Origin: Anaerolineaceae bacterium
Lineage (GTDB): Bacteria; Chloroflexota; Anaerolineae; Anaerolineales; Anaerolineaceae
Direction of reading: 5' to 3'
Assembly: GCA_003563055.1 (NCBI GenBank)
Contig: PWSY01000101.1
Location: 1,222 to 65,221 of the forward strand
DNA: 64,000 nucleotides
The notes beneath the pieces were generated by a model. It saw only the letters and a program-made list of their open reading frames with translations, was not told the DNA's origin and did no database searches. Made by a program: the position numbers and the translations under genes. Positions 19,095 to 30,203 of this stretch are shown one piece after another (the first letter of the stretch is position 1; each line of letters begins with the position of its first letter).

Positions 19095-20741
19095 ATGACA
19101 AACAATAAAATATTAAGAATTATCCCCATCGGGGGCCTGGGTGAAGTTGGGAAAAATATGACCCTCTACGAGTACGGAGATGACATCATGATTGTAGATG
19201 CCGGCATCATGTTCCCCGAAAACGATATGATTGGGATTGACTACATTATTCCCGACTTCGAATACTACCTGCAAGGTAAAAAAGACCGTGTGCGCGGCAT
19301 CGTTATCACCCATGGCCACCTGGACCACATCGGCGCTATCCACCACTTACTGGAACATGTTAACGCGCCCATTTACGCCACACCCCTAACGCGAGGCTTA
19401 ATCGAAGTGCAGCTCAACCGTTATGGCATGTTAAAAGCAGCCGACCTCCACACCGTCAATGCCGGTGATGAATTACAGTTTGGTGCTTTCAAAGTGGAAT
19501 TATTCCATGTCTGCCACTCCATCCCAGATGATGTTGGGCTGGGCATTGAAACGCCTGCGGGCCTGGTTGTTCACTCATCTGATTATAAGTTTGACCATAC
19601 ACCCGTTGACAATTGGCCCACAGATTACGCTAAACTAGCAGATTTTGCACAACGTGGTGTATTAGCCTTATTAGCAGATTCAACAAATTCTCCCGAACCC
19701 GGCTGGACCAAGTCGGAACGCGTCATTGATGCAGCACTCGACACGGTTTTCGAAGAAGCACAAGGGCGAATTTTGGTGGCCACATTTGCTTCCCTGATCT
19801 CCCGCATGCAACAGGTTGTGAACGCAGCCGAGCGACACGGACGAAAGATTGCTTTTGCTGGCAGGAGTATGGTCGACAATATGGAAATCGCCCGGGAAAT
19901 GGGCTATGTAGACTTGCCAGAACGGCTGGTAATCTCTCTTGACAAATCGCTTTCCATGCCAGACAACCAGGTCGTATTGATGTGCACCGGTTCACAGGGT
20001 GAGCCACGCTCCATCATGGGGCGACTTGCCAACGGCACCAACCGGAAATTTGATGTTCGTGAGGGTGACACAATCGTGCTTTCATCCCAACCAATCCCTG
20101 GCAATGAGGAACCCGTTTACAGAACGATCAACAATCTGTTCAGACGAGGTGCCAACGTGATCTATGAAGCCATTGCACCGGTGCATGTTTCAGGGCATGC
20201 CAGCCAGGAAGAGATAAAACTCCTCTTACACCTGGTGAGACCCAAATACCTGATCCCCATTCACGGCGAACTCAGGATGTTGAAACAACACGCAAAACTT
20301 GCTGAAGAAGTCGGCGTCCCAAGGGAAAACATTGCTGTGGTCGAGAATGGCCAGGTGATTGAATTTGTGGACGGCAAAATGCGCCTGGGAGAACGAATCC
20401 CCGGGGATTACATCTTTGTAGATGGTACCGGCGTTGGTGATGTCGACCGAAGCATTGTAAGAGAACGAGAAACGCTTGGGCGCGATGGAATCATCGTGGT
20501 CAACGTGGAAGTCAACAAGAAAAATGGCACCTTGGTGCATGAACCAAACATTACCACACGCGGCTTCATGCTGCCAGAAGAAATGGAGCCTTTGTTGGAC
20601 GGGCTCATCAAACAGGTCGAAAAAACGGTCAAAAATTCAAACGGTAATATAGAAAATTCTGTCTTGCGTTCGATGAAATCCTATTTGTACAAAGAAACAA
20701 AACGTAATCCCTTTATCTTTGTGACTGTCAATCGTAATTAA
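19095..20741 (+). CDS. rnj: Ribonuclease J
   Basis: GGLGEVGKNM, THGHLDHIG, HSIPD, DYKFD, GSQGEP, HVSGHA, PIHGE; AAGGA RBS before ATG 19095. Confidence 0.97.
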   Translation: MTNNKILRIIPIGGLGEVGKNMTLYEYGDDIMIVDAGIMFPENDMIGIDYIIPDFEYYLQGKKDRVRGIVITHGHLDHIGAIHHLLEHVNAPIYATPLTRGLIEVQLNRYGMLKAADLHTVNAGDELQFGAFKVELFHVCHSIPDDVGLGIETPAGLVVHSSDYKFDHTPVDNWPTDYAKLADFAQRGVLALLADSTNSPEPGWTKSERVIDAALDTVFEEAQGRILVATFASLISRMQQVVNAAERHGRKIAFAGRSMVDNMEIAREMGYVDLPERLVISLDKSLSMPDNQVVLMCTGSQGEPRSIMGRLANGTNRKFDVREGDTIVLSSQPIPGNEEPVYRTINNLFRRGANVIYEAIAPVHVSGHASQEEIKLLLHLVRPKYLIPIHGELRMLKQHAKLAEEVGVPRENIAVVENGQVIEFVDGKMRLGERIPGDYIFVDGTGVGDVDRSIVRERETLGRDGIIVVNVEVNKKNGTLVHEPNITTRGFMLPEEMEPLLDGLIKQVEKTVKNSNGNIENSVLRSMKSYLYKETKRNPFIFVTVNRN

Positions 20742-20762
20742 TCGTGCCCATTATCTTTTTTC

Positions 20763-20786
20763 AGCGAAGTGTAAATACACTTCGCT
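20763..20786. terminator. Perfect inverted repeat downstream of rnj (probable terminator)
   Basis: AGCGAAGTGTA-aa-TACACTTCGCT; the following U-tract is weak. Confidence 0.55.
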
Positions 20787-20863
20787 AAATCGTTTTAACG
20801 AGACCTGTGAAAATAACCGGTAAATCAGGGTAAAATCCCCCTATTGAATAGATTGGACCAGAA

Positions 20864-21463
20864 ATGTCATTATTCTTCACCATCATCCGGGTCTTAGCCG
20901 CCATCCTTGCACCGCTAATCACGTTCACGCTCGCTATCCGCACGGCCATGTTTTCCAATCGTGATCAACCAGGGGTAGATAGTGAACTAAAAGAATGTTT
21001 GCGATGTGGACAGACCCAAAAGGGCACGGATGCAAAATTCTATTACACAGAAAGTGTTGGCAGCCCCCGTCAAAGGGCAGCCAGAATGCAATATAAATCG
21101 GATGACACACCCATTCTGGGTGAAGAGACTCATTTTATCTGCAATCACTGCGCACGCCGGTATATCCGCAATGAGCTTGTCCAACAAATATTAATCGTCC
21201 TGCCCTATCCATTTTATTTATATGTGTATATCCCATTTATTGCCAGGAATGCGCTACCGGGCAATTTCCTGGTAGAAACCCTGTTACTGGTTATGTCCCT
21301 GGCTGGGGCAACATCTGCTTTTGACTTGTTTCGATCCGTCCATTCCGGCAAAAATGCACTGACAGAGGCCCGCGACCGGGTGGCCATCAAGGTTCGCAAA
21401 GACGACCTTGGTAAAAAATTCAGCTACTACACTCGATCAGGTAACACCGCCCTGGGAAAATAA
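20864..21463 (+). CDS. Hypothetical membrane protein with two CxxC motifs
   Basis: N-terminal hydrophobic segment, CLRC and CNHC, two further TM segments. Confidence 0.7.
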   Translation: MSLFFTIIRVLAAILAPLITFTLAIRTAMFSNRDQPGVDSELKECLRCGQTQKGTDAKFYYTESVGSPRQRAARMQYKSDDTPILGEETHFICNHCARRYIRNELVQQILIVLPYPFYLYVYIPFIARNALPGNFLVETLLLVMSLAGATSAFDLFRSVHSGKNALTEARDRVAIKVRKDDLGKKFSYYTRSGNTALGK

Positions 21464-21670
21464 TCTGCCAGGTTAAAAATCTTATCACCTTCCTTGACCA
21501 TGTCCCAGAAGCATCCTTAAAATTCTTCGGTTTTTAAGACACAAAAATATTTTTATCCAAACCAGCATGCTATAATAAGGTCAGATGATACGTCCTGGGA
21601 ACCACAGCAAGGCAAGGACGCAATTTCTAACTGAGCCACTAGCCAGGTTTTCTTTAAAATAACTGCTGAT

Positions 21671-24600
21671 ATGTCCTTTGTCCATCTCCATGTCCACTCA
21701 ACATATTCTATTTTGGATGGATTCAGCCAAATAAAACCGCTTGTCGCCCGTGCCAAACAGCTTGGCATGCCCGCTCTAGCGCTGACGGACCATGGCACCA
21801 TGTACGGCACTGTCGCATTTTTCAACGCTGCTGTCAATGCTGGCATCAAACCAATCATTGGCCTGGAAACTTACCTGGCTCCTCGCAAAATGACCGACAG
21901 AGACCCTGTACGCGACAAGCGAGCGTCACACTTGTTGCTCTTAGCAGAGAACATGACCGGCTACCAAAATTTACTCGAAATTGCCTCTGCATCTCAACTA
22001 GAAGGTTTCTATTATCGGCCAAGGATAGACCGAGCATACCTTGAAGAACACAGTCAGGGGTTAATCGTTACTTCTGGTTGTCTTTCTGGTGAAATCCCGC
22101 GCGCGCTATACAATAATGACCTCGAACGTGCGGAACAACACGTGGCCTGGTATGTGGACCTCTTTGGTCGTGATCGTTTCTTCCTTGAATTGCAATCGCA
22201 CAACGTTGATGGTTTAGAGCAAGTAAACCAACGCCTGGTGGATTTGGGCAAGCGACTTGAACTCAAGTTTGTCGCAGCCAATGATGTCCATTACATCAAC
22301 AAAGAAGACGCTCGTCTACAAGATATCCTTTTAGCAATCCAAACTGGCAGTCTTCTTTCTGACCCGAATCGCATGCGTATGGGGGATGACACTTATTACC
22401 TCAAATCAGCTCAAGAAATGGAAGCCTTATTTGGCCACATACCCGGTGCGATTGATAACACACTGATAATTGCTGAGCGGTGTGAAGTAGACCTGAGGCG
22501 AAAAGGCTATCACCTGCCACAATTTGATGTACCCAAAGGTTACACCGCAGCATCATATCTTCATTATCTTTGCCAGGAAGGGTTAAACCGCATCTACGGT
22601 GATCGAGCCGCTGAGCCCAGGGTCCAGGAACGATTGACTTATGAGCTGGACGTCATCCACGAAATGGGGTTTGATGCCTATTTCCTGATCGTCTGGGACC
22701 TCTGCCAGCATGCGCAACAGCGCAATATCTGGTACAACGCGCGCGGTTCTGCAGCAGGCTCGCTGGTAGCCTATGCACTCAATATTAATCTGATCGATCC
22801 GCTGGAGCACGAGTTATTATTTGAGCGGTTCTTGCAAAAGGGCCGGGTGAACATGCCCGATATCGACCTGGATTTTCAAGATGACCGCCGGGGGGAAATG
22901 ATGCAATACTGCGCTGAAAGGTATGGTGAAGATAAGGTCGCCCAAATAATCACCTTTGGCACCTTGGGTGCCCGTGCTGCCATCCGGGATGTCGGTCGGG
23001 TTATGGACATCCCCATTTCAGAAGTCGACAAAGTCGCTAAGATGATCCCCGCCATACCTGGCAAACCGGTGACCATTCAAGAAACGCTACGAGAATCACA
23101 GGAGTTACAACAGCTTTACCAATCCGCTGGGTTTTACAAAGAGCTAATTGACACAGCCAGCAAGATGGAAGGCACCGTCCGCAATGCCGGCACACACGCC
23201 GCCGGGGTCATCATCACAGATAAGCCCATTGTGGCCTATGTTCCCCTGCACCGGCCAACCAGCCACTCTGAAGATATCCCGATTAATACCATCACCCAAT
23301 ATGAAATGTCAGTCATTGACGATCTTGGCTTGCTCAAAGTTGATTTCCTGGGCCTGGTCACGCTGACAATTATGTCGCGTGCTTGCGATCTGATTAAGCA
23401 ACGACATGAGATAGCGTTCAATCTCAGGACGATTCCTACAGACGACTCAGATGTGTATGATTTTATAAGCCAGGGCCACACCACGGGCATGTTCCAGCTT
23501 GAAGGAACAGGAATGACTCGTTATATCACCGAAATGAAGCCCAAAGAACTGGCCCATGTGATTGCAATGATCGCCCTCTATCGACCGGGCCCCATGCAGT
23601 TCATCCCTGACTACATTAACCGGCTGCACAAAATTGAGGAACCCAGCTACCCCCACAAAGCTTTGGAGCCAATTTTCAAAGACACCTTTGGCATCGCAAT
23701 CTACCAGGAACAAATTATGCAGGCCGCCATGCAGTTGGCAGGCTATGAGGCAAAGGAAGCTGACAGCCTAAGAAAAGCAATTGCCAAGAAAAAAGGTGAA
23801 CAGCTCAAAAAACATCGAGATAAGTTCATCAAAGGGGCACAATTGCACAGTCATGTCAGCGAGCAGGAAGCCGAATTGATCTTTCATGATTGGGAGGAAT
23901 TTGCCCGGTATGGCTTTAATAAGAGCCATGCCGCAGATTATGGCGTGATCGCCGTCCAGACAGGCTATCTAAAGTATCATTACACCATAGAATTCATGAC
24001 CGCTTTGCTCTCAGCATGGAAAAACGACGCTGCCAGAGTGGCAACTTATGTCGCTGACTGCCGCGCCATGGGCATCGATGTCCTGCCACCGGATGTCAAT
24101 ACCAGTGAATACGATTTTAATATAGAGGATCGTCAGGAGGGGGACCCTGTCATTCGCTTTGGCCTGGGGGCCATTAAGAATGTGGGTGAAAACCCCGTTA
24201 CCCTAATCTTAGAGGCGCGTGTTGACGGCCCCTTCAAAGACCTGACAGATTTTGCCCACAGGGTAGACTTACGCCAAGTCGGACGTCGTGCGCTTGAATG
24301 CCTGGTTAAGGTCGGCTGCCTTGATAGCTTTGGGCCTCGCCTAACCATCCTCAATGCGCTGGAAAGAATCATTGCGGTCAGCAGTAGTTTTTTTCGTGCA
24401 AAAGAGGCTGGGCAAATGATGTTGTTCGGTGGAGGGAATTCGGTTAACGATGGTATTGTGCTCAACGATTCCCCCTATTGCGACAAACGAGAAGAACTGG
24501 CTTGGGAACGTGAGCTGATTGGCCTGTATGTTTCTGACCACCCCCTCAGCCCTTATCAAAACACACTGATGGCGCATGTGACGCATTTCTCCCACCAACT

Positions 24601-25537
24601 CGCAGAAGCTGGTAAAGATGAAATCATCATCGTTGCCGGTATGGTTGACCGTTTCCGTCAACATCTAACCAAAAAAGGCAACAGTATGGGCTTTGTGACA
24701 CTTGAAGACCTTTATGGAAAGATCGACCTGGTCATTTTTCCACAAGTTTGGGAAAAAGTTTATGCTTTAATCGAGATGGACACTGTGCTGCTGGCAGAGG
24801 GTCGGGTGGATGCCAATCAGGGAGAGCCCAAAATTTTGGTCAATAAATTATCCCCTGTCGCTTTGGAAGAACTGACACCAGCCCCAGTCAATACAGGGAT
24901 CAGCAAAAATTCTGTCTTTATTGATCAAGAAGATTTCATGGATGATTTCCTTCCTGACCTGCCATTTGATGAAATCAATCCGGTTGAACCGGCACGTAAT
25001 GGTAAAGATAAGAATCCCCTCGCCAACCAGGAACAGGATACCAACTCCTCAAAAAGCACAAATGATCACAAGGACCAGGGGAGAACAAACCTAACCGGTC
25101 ACGAGATGGAAGCCAACCAGGAAGACCCAGGTCATAAACCACTGACGCATAACACAACTTCACAAACTTACGATCCCACCTCACCGGCAACGGACACACA
25201 AGTCGTTGAGCCCAGCCCTCCTAAAACTTTCCATGTTTTGAACAACCCGCTGCCCAAACCCGAGCAAATGCCAAACCCAGATCAACAACCCCGCCGAATC
25301 TATATCACACTTGACACTTGTGGCGACAAACACCAGGATGTGCGACGATTGCGCCGCATTCATGACATTCTTGTTTCTCGCCCTGGCCGGGACCAATTTG
25401 CCTTTCGTCTGAGAGAAAATGGCTGGTGGTACGAAATTAATTTCCCCAATAATGCTATCGGGTTGACAGACGCTTTGATCCAAAAACTAAAAAGTCTGAT
25501 GGGTTCAGACAACATTGAGATTATTCAATTAAAATAA
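21671..25537 (+). CDS. dnaE: DNA polymerase III subunit alpha
   Basis: [18 protein letters not shown] domain, [33 protein letters not shown] fold. Confidence 0.98.
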   Translation: MSFVHLHVHSTYSILDGFSQIKPLVARAKQLGMPALALTDHGTMYGTVAFFNAAVNAGIKPIIGLETYLAPRKMTDRDPVRDKRASHLLLLAENMTGYQNLLEIASASQLEGFYYRPRIDRAYLEEHSQGLIVTSGCLSGEIPRALYNNDLERAEQHVAWYVDLFGRDRFFLELQSHNVDGLEQVNQRLVDLGKRLELKFVAANDVHYINKEDARLQDILLAIQTGSLLSDPNRMRMGDDTYYLKSAQEMEALFGHIPGAIDNTLIIAERCEVDLRRKGYHLPQFDVPKGYTAASYLHYLCQEGLNRIYGDRAAEPRVQERLTYELDVIHEMGFDAYFLIVWDLCQHAQQRNIWYNARGSAAGSLVAYALNINLIDPLEHELLFERFLQKGRVNMPDIDLDFQDDRRGEMMQYCAERYGEDKVAQIITFGTLGARAAIRDVGRVMDIPISEVDKVAKMIPAIPGKPVTIQETLRESQELQQLYQSAGFYKELIDTASKMEGTVRNAGTHAAGVIITDKPIVAYVPLHRPTSHSEDIPINTITQYEMSVIDDLGLLKVDFLGLVTLTIMSRACDLIKQRHEIAFNLRTIPTDDSDVYDFISQGHTTGMFQLEGTGMTRYITEMKPKELAHVIAMIALYRPGPMQFIPDYINRLHKIEEPSYPHKALEPIFKDTFGIAIYQEQIMQAAMQLAGYEAKEADSLRKAIAKKKGEQLKKHRDKFIKGAQLHSHVSEQEAELIFHDWEEFARYGFNKSHAADYGVIAVQTGYLKYHYTIEFMTALLSAWKNDAARVATYVADCRAMGIDVLPPDVNTSEYDFNIEDRQEGDPVIRFGLGAIKNVGENPVTLILEARVDGPFKDLTDFAHRVDLRQVGRRALECLVKVGCLDSFGPRLTILNALERIIAVSSSFFRAKEAGQMMLFGGGNSVNDGIVLNDSPYCDKREELAWERELIGLYVSDHPLSPYQNTLMAHVTHFSHQLAEAGKDEIIIVAGMVDRFRQHLTKKGNSMGFVTLEDLYGKIDLVIFPQVWEKVYALIEMDTVLLAEGRVDANQGEPKILVNKLSPVALEELTPAPVNTGISKNSVFIDQEDFMDDFLPDLPFDEINPVEPARNGKDKNPLANQEQDTNSSKSTNDHKDQGRTNLTGHEMEANQEDPGHKPLTHNTTSQTYDPTSPATDTQVVEPSPPKTFHVLNNPLPKPEQMPNPDQQPRRIYITLDTCGDKHQDVRRLRRIHDILVSRPGRDQFAFRLRENGWWYEINFPNNAIGLTDALIQKLKSLMGSDNIEIIQLK

Positions 25538-25678
25538 TAATCTCCTGTCCCAAACCATCTTTTCAATAAAGATTGCCTGGCCATATTATTGTGCAGGTGC
25601 AAATTTAATTAACAGTGTCTATCTTGGCCTAATTCTGGTAAAATCCAAATAGATAATACAAGGATTTATAGGTGAGGA

Positions 25679-26218
25679 ATGTCCCGGATAAATATAGATT
25701 TGAATCCAATCACACACATAACCGTTGACGCCATCGGTCAACCTGGAGACCGTGTTTTTTACCTGCAGGGGAAAAATGATCGTCAGGCCATAACACTACT
25801 GGTAGAGAAATTTCAGATTCAAACCCTGGCCCTTGCAATCGAAAACCTCATGTCAGAATTACGTGAAAAATTACCCCATATATCAGATGCTTCACCGAAC
25901 TATGATGAAGAAGATATGGTTCTGGAACCACCTCTAGACCCCTTGTTTCGGGTAGGTGAACTCAGTCTGGGTTACGATACAGAACAAGATCTGATGATCC
26001 TGATTGCCAAAGAAGTCTCGGTAGACATGCCTGAAGGTGATGATGACAGGTTAAGTGAGGTGCGATTTTGGTGCTCCCGTTCACAAATTTGGTCGATGGG
26101 CCGCTGGGCAATAGAACTTGCCAGTCGTGGGCGACCTGTGTGGCCCTCAACAGGCGAGCCGATCCTACCTCCAGGAGAGTTTTCACCTAAGAATAACGGT
26201 CATAAAACCACCCCTTGA
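25679..26218 (+). CDS. DUF3090 family protein
   Basis: ITVDAIGQPGDRVFYLQ, LLVEKFQIQ.LA, FRVGELSLGYD, GRP...NGH. Confidence 0.85.
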   Translation: MSRINIDLNPITHITVDAIGQPGDRVFYLQGKNDRQAITLLVEKFQIQTLALAIENLMSELREKLPHISDASPNYDEEDMVLEPPLDPLFRVGELSLGYDTEQDLMILIAKEVSVDMPEGDDDRLSEVRFWCSRSQIWSMGRWAIELASRGRPVWPSTGEPILPPGEFSPKNNGHKTTP

Positions 26219-26231
26219 AAGCCCATTTAAT

Positions 26232-26954
26232 ATGGACAAAACGCTCACCCTTTCCGCGCTGAAGAAGGGGACCATGCGTCTGGAAGGCCAGTTTGTGTAT
26301 GGGTCGAATTACACGCTGATGGTCATCTGTCAATATAAAGGTAAGGCATACCAGGCTGTTTACAAACCAGTACAGGGAGAACGTCCACTTTGGGACTTTC
26401 CACCGAACACCCTGGCACGCCGGGAAGTTGCGGCTTACATTCTCAGCGAGGTGCTTGGTTGGAACCTGGTTCCCCCAACGGTTTTCAGAACGGCTAAATT
26501 ACCCTTGGGGCCTGGCTCCTCCCAGTTATTCATTGAACATGATCCGGAATATCATTATTTTAATTTTAAGAAAACAGACCAGCACCATTTCCCTCAAGTA
26601 ATGCTGTTTGACCTGTTGATCAATAATGCCGATCGCAAAGGCGGGCACCTCCTGATCGACCCACAGGGCAAGTTATGGCTTATTGACCACGGACTCAGCT
26701 TCCACCATGAAGAAAAATTGCGCACCGTCATTTGGGACCATGCCGGGCAAGCTATCCCACCCACATTGCTCAGTGATGTAAAGAACATCATCCCGGCGTT
26801 AGCACCAGGCACACCCACCTACCGCTCCTTGCAGCCCCATTTGCTGTCAAAGGAAATTAATGCACTCCAAAAGCGAGCGGAGGCCCTGCTCCAAAACGCC
26901 ACATTCCCCCTGCCACCTGAAGAACGTCGGGCGTATCCCTGGCCTTTAGTATAA
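26232..26954 (+). CDS. SCO1664 family protein (PI3/PI4 kinase-like)
   Basis: GSNYT, VYKPVQGERPLWDFP, REVAAY, NNADRKGGH, IDHGLSFH, KLRTVIW, YPWPLV. Confidence 0.9.
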   Translation: MDKTLTLSALKKGTMRLEGQFVYGSNYTLMVICQYKGKAYQAVYKPVQGERPLWDFPPNTLARREVAAYILSEVLGWNLVPPTVFRTAKLPLGPGSSQLFIEHDPEYHYFNFKKTDQHHFPQVMLFDLLINNADRKGGHLLIDPQGKLWLIDHGLSFHHEEKLRTVIWDHAGQAIPPTLLSDVKNIIPALAPGTPTYRSLQPHLLSKEINALQKRAEALLQNATFPLPPEERRAYPWPLV

Positions 26955-26964
26955 TGGACGGATA

Positions 26965-28281
26965 ATGATGAAACCCAACAAGCATCTGCTCATCCATAAT
27001 ACCTCTCAACTCCTGACACTATCCGGTGGAGCACAACGCGGCGAGGGCCTTGGGTCTCTTGGCCTTATCGAGGGCGGCATGGTTGTCATTGAAGGAGAGC
27101 GAATCCTGGCAGTGGGCAGCAACGAAAAGTCTTTCGCGAAGCAATTCCCTCAAGCCTCAACTTTTGACGCGCAGGGTCATGTCGTTATGCCCGGATTTGT
27201 AGATCCGCATACGCACCTGGTATGGGCAGGTGACCGGGCAGCGGAATTTGAAATGCGCTTGCAGGGAAAAACATATTTAGAAATCCTCCAATCAGGCGGC
27301 GGGATCCTATCTACCGTTCAGGCTACCCGAAATGCATCGGTGGCAGACCTGGTCTCACAGACTCGGGGGCGTGCATGGCGAGCATTCTGCCATGGCACCA
27401 CCACCGCAGAAGTCAAAACTGGCTATGGGCTGACACTTGACTCTGAAATCAAACAATTACAGACCATTCTCTCCCTGGGCAGCGAAGGTCCCTTCGAATT
27501 GGTGCCCACATTTCTGGGTGCCCATGCGATTCCACCTGAATACCAGCAGAATACCAATGCCTATGTGGATCTGATCTGCAGCCAGATGCTCCCTTATCTC
27601 ATAAACTGGTGGCGCGAGCACGCCCCTGATCGCCCGCTGCCATTTGTGGATGTATTTTGCGAGAGAGGCGCCTTTGACCTGGCGCAATCTCGTAAAATTT
27701 TAAAAAAGGCAAAAATCCTGGGCTTCCCCCTTAAGATCCATGCTGATGAATTTGATAACTTGGGCGGAGCCGCCCTGGCAGCTGAGCTTGGTGCGGCTTC
27801 TGCCGATCATCTCGTAAAGACATCCATTCCTGATATCAAAGCGCTCGCTAAATCCAATACGGTTGCCGTCTCCCTCCCGGGCACTCCCTTTGGGCTGGGG
27901 GAAGAGGACTATTCACCTGCCAAGGAGATCCTGAAACACAATGGCTTGCTTGCATTGGCCACAGATACAAACCCAGGAACGTCCTGGTGTGAATCTATCC
28001 AATTCATCATAGCACTCGCCTGCCGAAAGATGGGACTGACACCCGCACAAGCAATTGCAGCCACGACTATCAATGCCGCCGCCGCTATTCAATGTGACAC
28101 TCAAATCGGGTCTATCGAACCCGGCAAACAAGCAGATTTACTGATCCTGGAAACCGCCGATTATCGACACCTCGGTTACCGTTTCGGCACCAATCTTGTA
28201 TCCTATATCATCAAGCAGGGCAGAATCTATCCGGTCAAGCAACCTGCTCCTGAAACAAGCTTTATGACCGGAGTGAGTTAA
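26965..28281 (+). CDS. hutI: Imidazolonepropionase
   Basis: PGFVDPHTHLVWAGDRAAEF, GGGILSTV, EVKTGYGL, FLGAHA, DVFCE, HADE, ATDTNPG. Confidence 0.93.
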   Translation: MMKPNKHLLIHNTSQLLTLSGGAQRGEGLGSLGLIEGGMVVIEGERILAVGSNEKSFAKQFPQASTFDAQGHVVMPGFVDPHTHLVWAGDRAAEFEMRLQGKTYLEILQSGGGILSTVQATRNASVADLVSQTRGRAWRAFCHGTTTAEVKTGYGLTLDSEIKQLQTILSLGSEGPFELVPTFLGAHAIPPEYQQNTNAYVDLICSQMLPYLINWWREHAPDRPLPFVDVFCERGAFDLAQSRKILKKAKILGFPLKIHADEFDNLGGAALAAELGAASADHLVKTSIPDIKALAKSNTVAVSLPGTPFGLGEEDYSPAKEILKHNGLLALATDTNPGTSWCESIQFIIALACRKMGLTPAQAIAATTINAAAAIQCDTQIGSIEPGKQADLLILETADYRHLGYRFGTNLVSYIIKQGRIYPVKQPAPETSFMTGVS

Positions 28282-28283
28282 AT

Positions 28284-28469
28284 ATGGATACAACCTTTCA
28301 AAACATCTTCTATCTGGTCATGGCCGGGGGCATCTTGTTTTTTGGTGTGTTCATCTTACGTGTGGTCCTCAAGCTGGCCTGGAAACTAATCCGGGCAGCT
28401 CTGGTGATTGCATCACTATTATTGATTGCGGGCTATTTTCTGGGTTTCTTAGACATCATCCTTCGTTGA
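28284..28469 (+). CDS. Small two-TM membrane protein
   Basis: 61 aa hydrophobic ORF tightly packed between hutI and the HD gene; GGAG upstream. Confidence 0.65.
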   Translation: MDTTFQNIFYLVMAGGILFFGVFILRVVLKLAWKLIRAALVIASLLLIAGYFLGFLDIILR

Positions 28470-28481
28470 GAGAATGATGCA

Positions 28482-29144
28482 GTGAGACAGACACCCATGC
28501 AGAATATCACCATTGAAGAAGCCCGTGACTGGTACCGGCATGCAGACCCGGTTCACGATTTTGATCACGTTTTACGCGTATATAGGATTGCTGAAAGGCT
28601 GGCAGCAACCGAAGGAGCCTACCTGGCTATCATCCAGGCGGCCGCCCTGCTCCATGATTCCCGTGGTAGTGCCCCTGGCGATAAGGGCTCGCTTCGTCAA
28701 CAACATCATATGGCTTCAGCCCAATTCGCCGGTGAGGTCTTGACTGCAAAGGGATGGTCAGCAGCTCATATAAGCGCCGTTCAACATTGCATTCGCGCCC
28801 ACCGGTATCGGGGAGGGGCAGACAGCCCTGAGACACTGGAAGCTAAAGTGCTCTTTGATGCCGACAAATTAGATGTTTTAGGTGCAATCGGCGCTGCCCG
28901 GACAATTGCCTATGCCGCTCTGGATAGCATGCCCGCCTATGCGGAACCCTCAAAACAATTCATCCAAACCGGGAAAAAGGTGCCGGGCGAGCCACATTCT
29001 TCCTACCATGAATTTCTGTTTAAATTAGCGCATGTAAAAGACCGCATGTTCACTCTGAGTGGTAAAGCGCTAGCAGAGCAAAGACACGCATTCCTGGTCG
29101 CATTTTACAAACAATTAAAAAGCGAAGTACGTGGCGAAAGTTAA
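28482..29144 (+). CDS. HD domain phosphohydrolase
   Basis: HDFDHVLRV, AALLHD, HRYR, DADKLD. Start may be ATG 28497. Confidence 0.9.
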   Translation: MRQTPMQNITIEEARDWYRHADPVHDFDHVLRVYRIAERLAATEGAYLAIIQAAALLHDSRGSAPGDKGSLRQQHHMASAQFAGEVLTAKGWSAAHISAVQHCIRAHRYRGGADSPETLEAKVLFDADKLDVLGAIGAARTIAYAALDSMPAYAEPSKQFIQTGKKVPGEPHSSYHEFLFKLAHVKDRMFTLSGKALAEQRHAFLVAFYKQLKSEVRGES

Positions 29145-29368
29145 AGTAGCGCTCTCACCTGCACAAAATGCGATCTGCCAACCACCCATCTTAAAGAAAA
29201 ACAAGAACAACCTCCCTATGGTAGAATTGAACATCTGGATGGCTGGTTTTTAGTTACACTATTTCAAATGAAACATTAGTTGAGCATTTATATTCGCTCA
29301 CAGCGTCATTTCATTACTTGCAACAAAAAATCTGACACTTTTAGCCTGACAAATTCAACCTGATCAAT

Positions 29369-30160
29369 ATGACACACCTTGCTGTAATCATAATCAACCA
29401 CCATCATGGTGAAATGATAAGAAAAACGCTGAAGTCGCTATCCTGCTCTTCTCTTAATGGGTCATGTGAGATTTTTGTTATCAATAATATGCAGGATCAT
29501 GTCACAAAAAAATGGCTCATGGAAACGCATCCAAATATCCAGTTAACTGAAAATCTTGTTCCCAGGGGGTTTGGCAGCAATGTTAATAAGATCATTAAGG
29601 AAAACCCGAATTTTGATTATTTTTTATTGATGAATCCAGATGTCATCTGTCTACCAGGGATGATTGAGCAATTGTTATCCGCCATGGAAAAAGACAGACA
29701 GATAGGCGCTGCAGGCCCAAAACTTTTAAATTTTGATGGTTCCATTCAACCCTCCCGAAGGCGGTTTGCGACTTTTTCTGTGCTGATCGTCCGTGCACTG
29801 CATCTGGATAAAATTTTCAAGAACTTGACTGTGATTAATAATTATATGATGAACGATTACAAGTTTGATCATATCAATGAAGTAGACTGGATCACCGGTG
29901 CTGTGATGATTCTGCGTAAGGCAACCCTGGATCAGGTCGGACTGTTGGACGAGCGGTTTTTTTTGTACTTTGAGGATGAGGATTTGTGTTGCCGGATCTG
30001 GCGCCATGGCTGGAAAGTATGCTACATCAGCAGTGCAGAAGCTTATCATGCCCATATTGCTGAAGGCAGAAACAAAATATTAAGCAAAGCCAACTTTCAC
30101 CACATACTAAGCGCATTTAAGTTTTTTATTAAATACCGTGGAAAAATATCCCGTTGTTAA
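29369..30160 (+). CDS. Glycosyltransferase family 2 (WbbL/rhamnosyltransferase-like)
   Basis: GFGSNVN, LMNPD, GAVMILR, GLLDERFFLYFEDEDLC. Confidence 0.9.
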   Translation: MTHLAVIIINHHHGEMIRKTLKSLSCSSLNGSCEIFVINNMQDHVTKKWLMETHPNIQLTENLVPRGFGSNVNKIIKENPNFDYFLLMNPDVICLPGMIEQLLSAMEKDRQIGAAGPKLLNFDGSIQPSRRRFATFSVLIVRALHLDKIFKNLTVINNYMMNDYKFDHINEVDWITGAVMILRKATLDQVGLLDERFFLYFEDEDLCCRIWRHGWKVCYISSAEAYHAHIAEGRNKILSKANFHHILSAFKFFIKYRGKISRC

Positions 30161-30203
30161 AAAAGTTAATTTCCACATTAAATATCTTACTAACCTTTGA
30201 AAT

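Noticed and set aside
24860-25290. Intein in DnaE
   Set aside because: No Cys/Ser start, HN-C/S/T end or LAGLIDADG motifs; the insert is low-complexity and outside usual intein sites.
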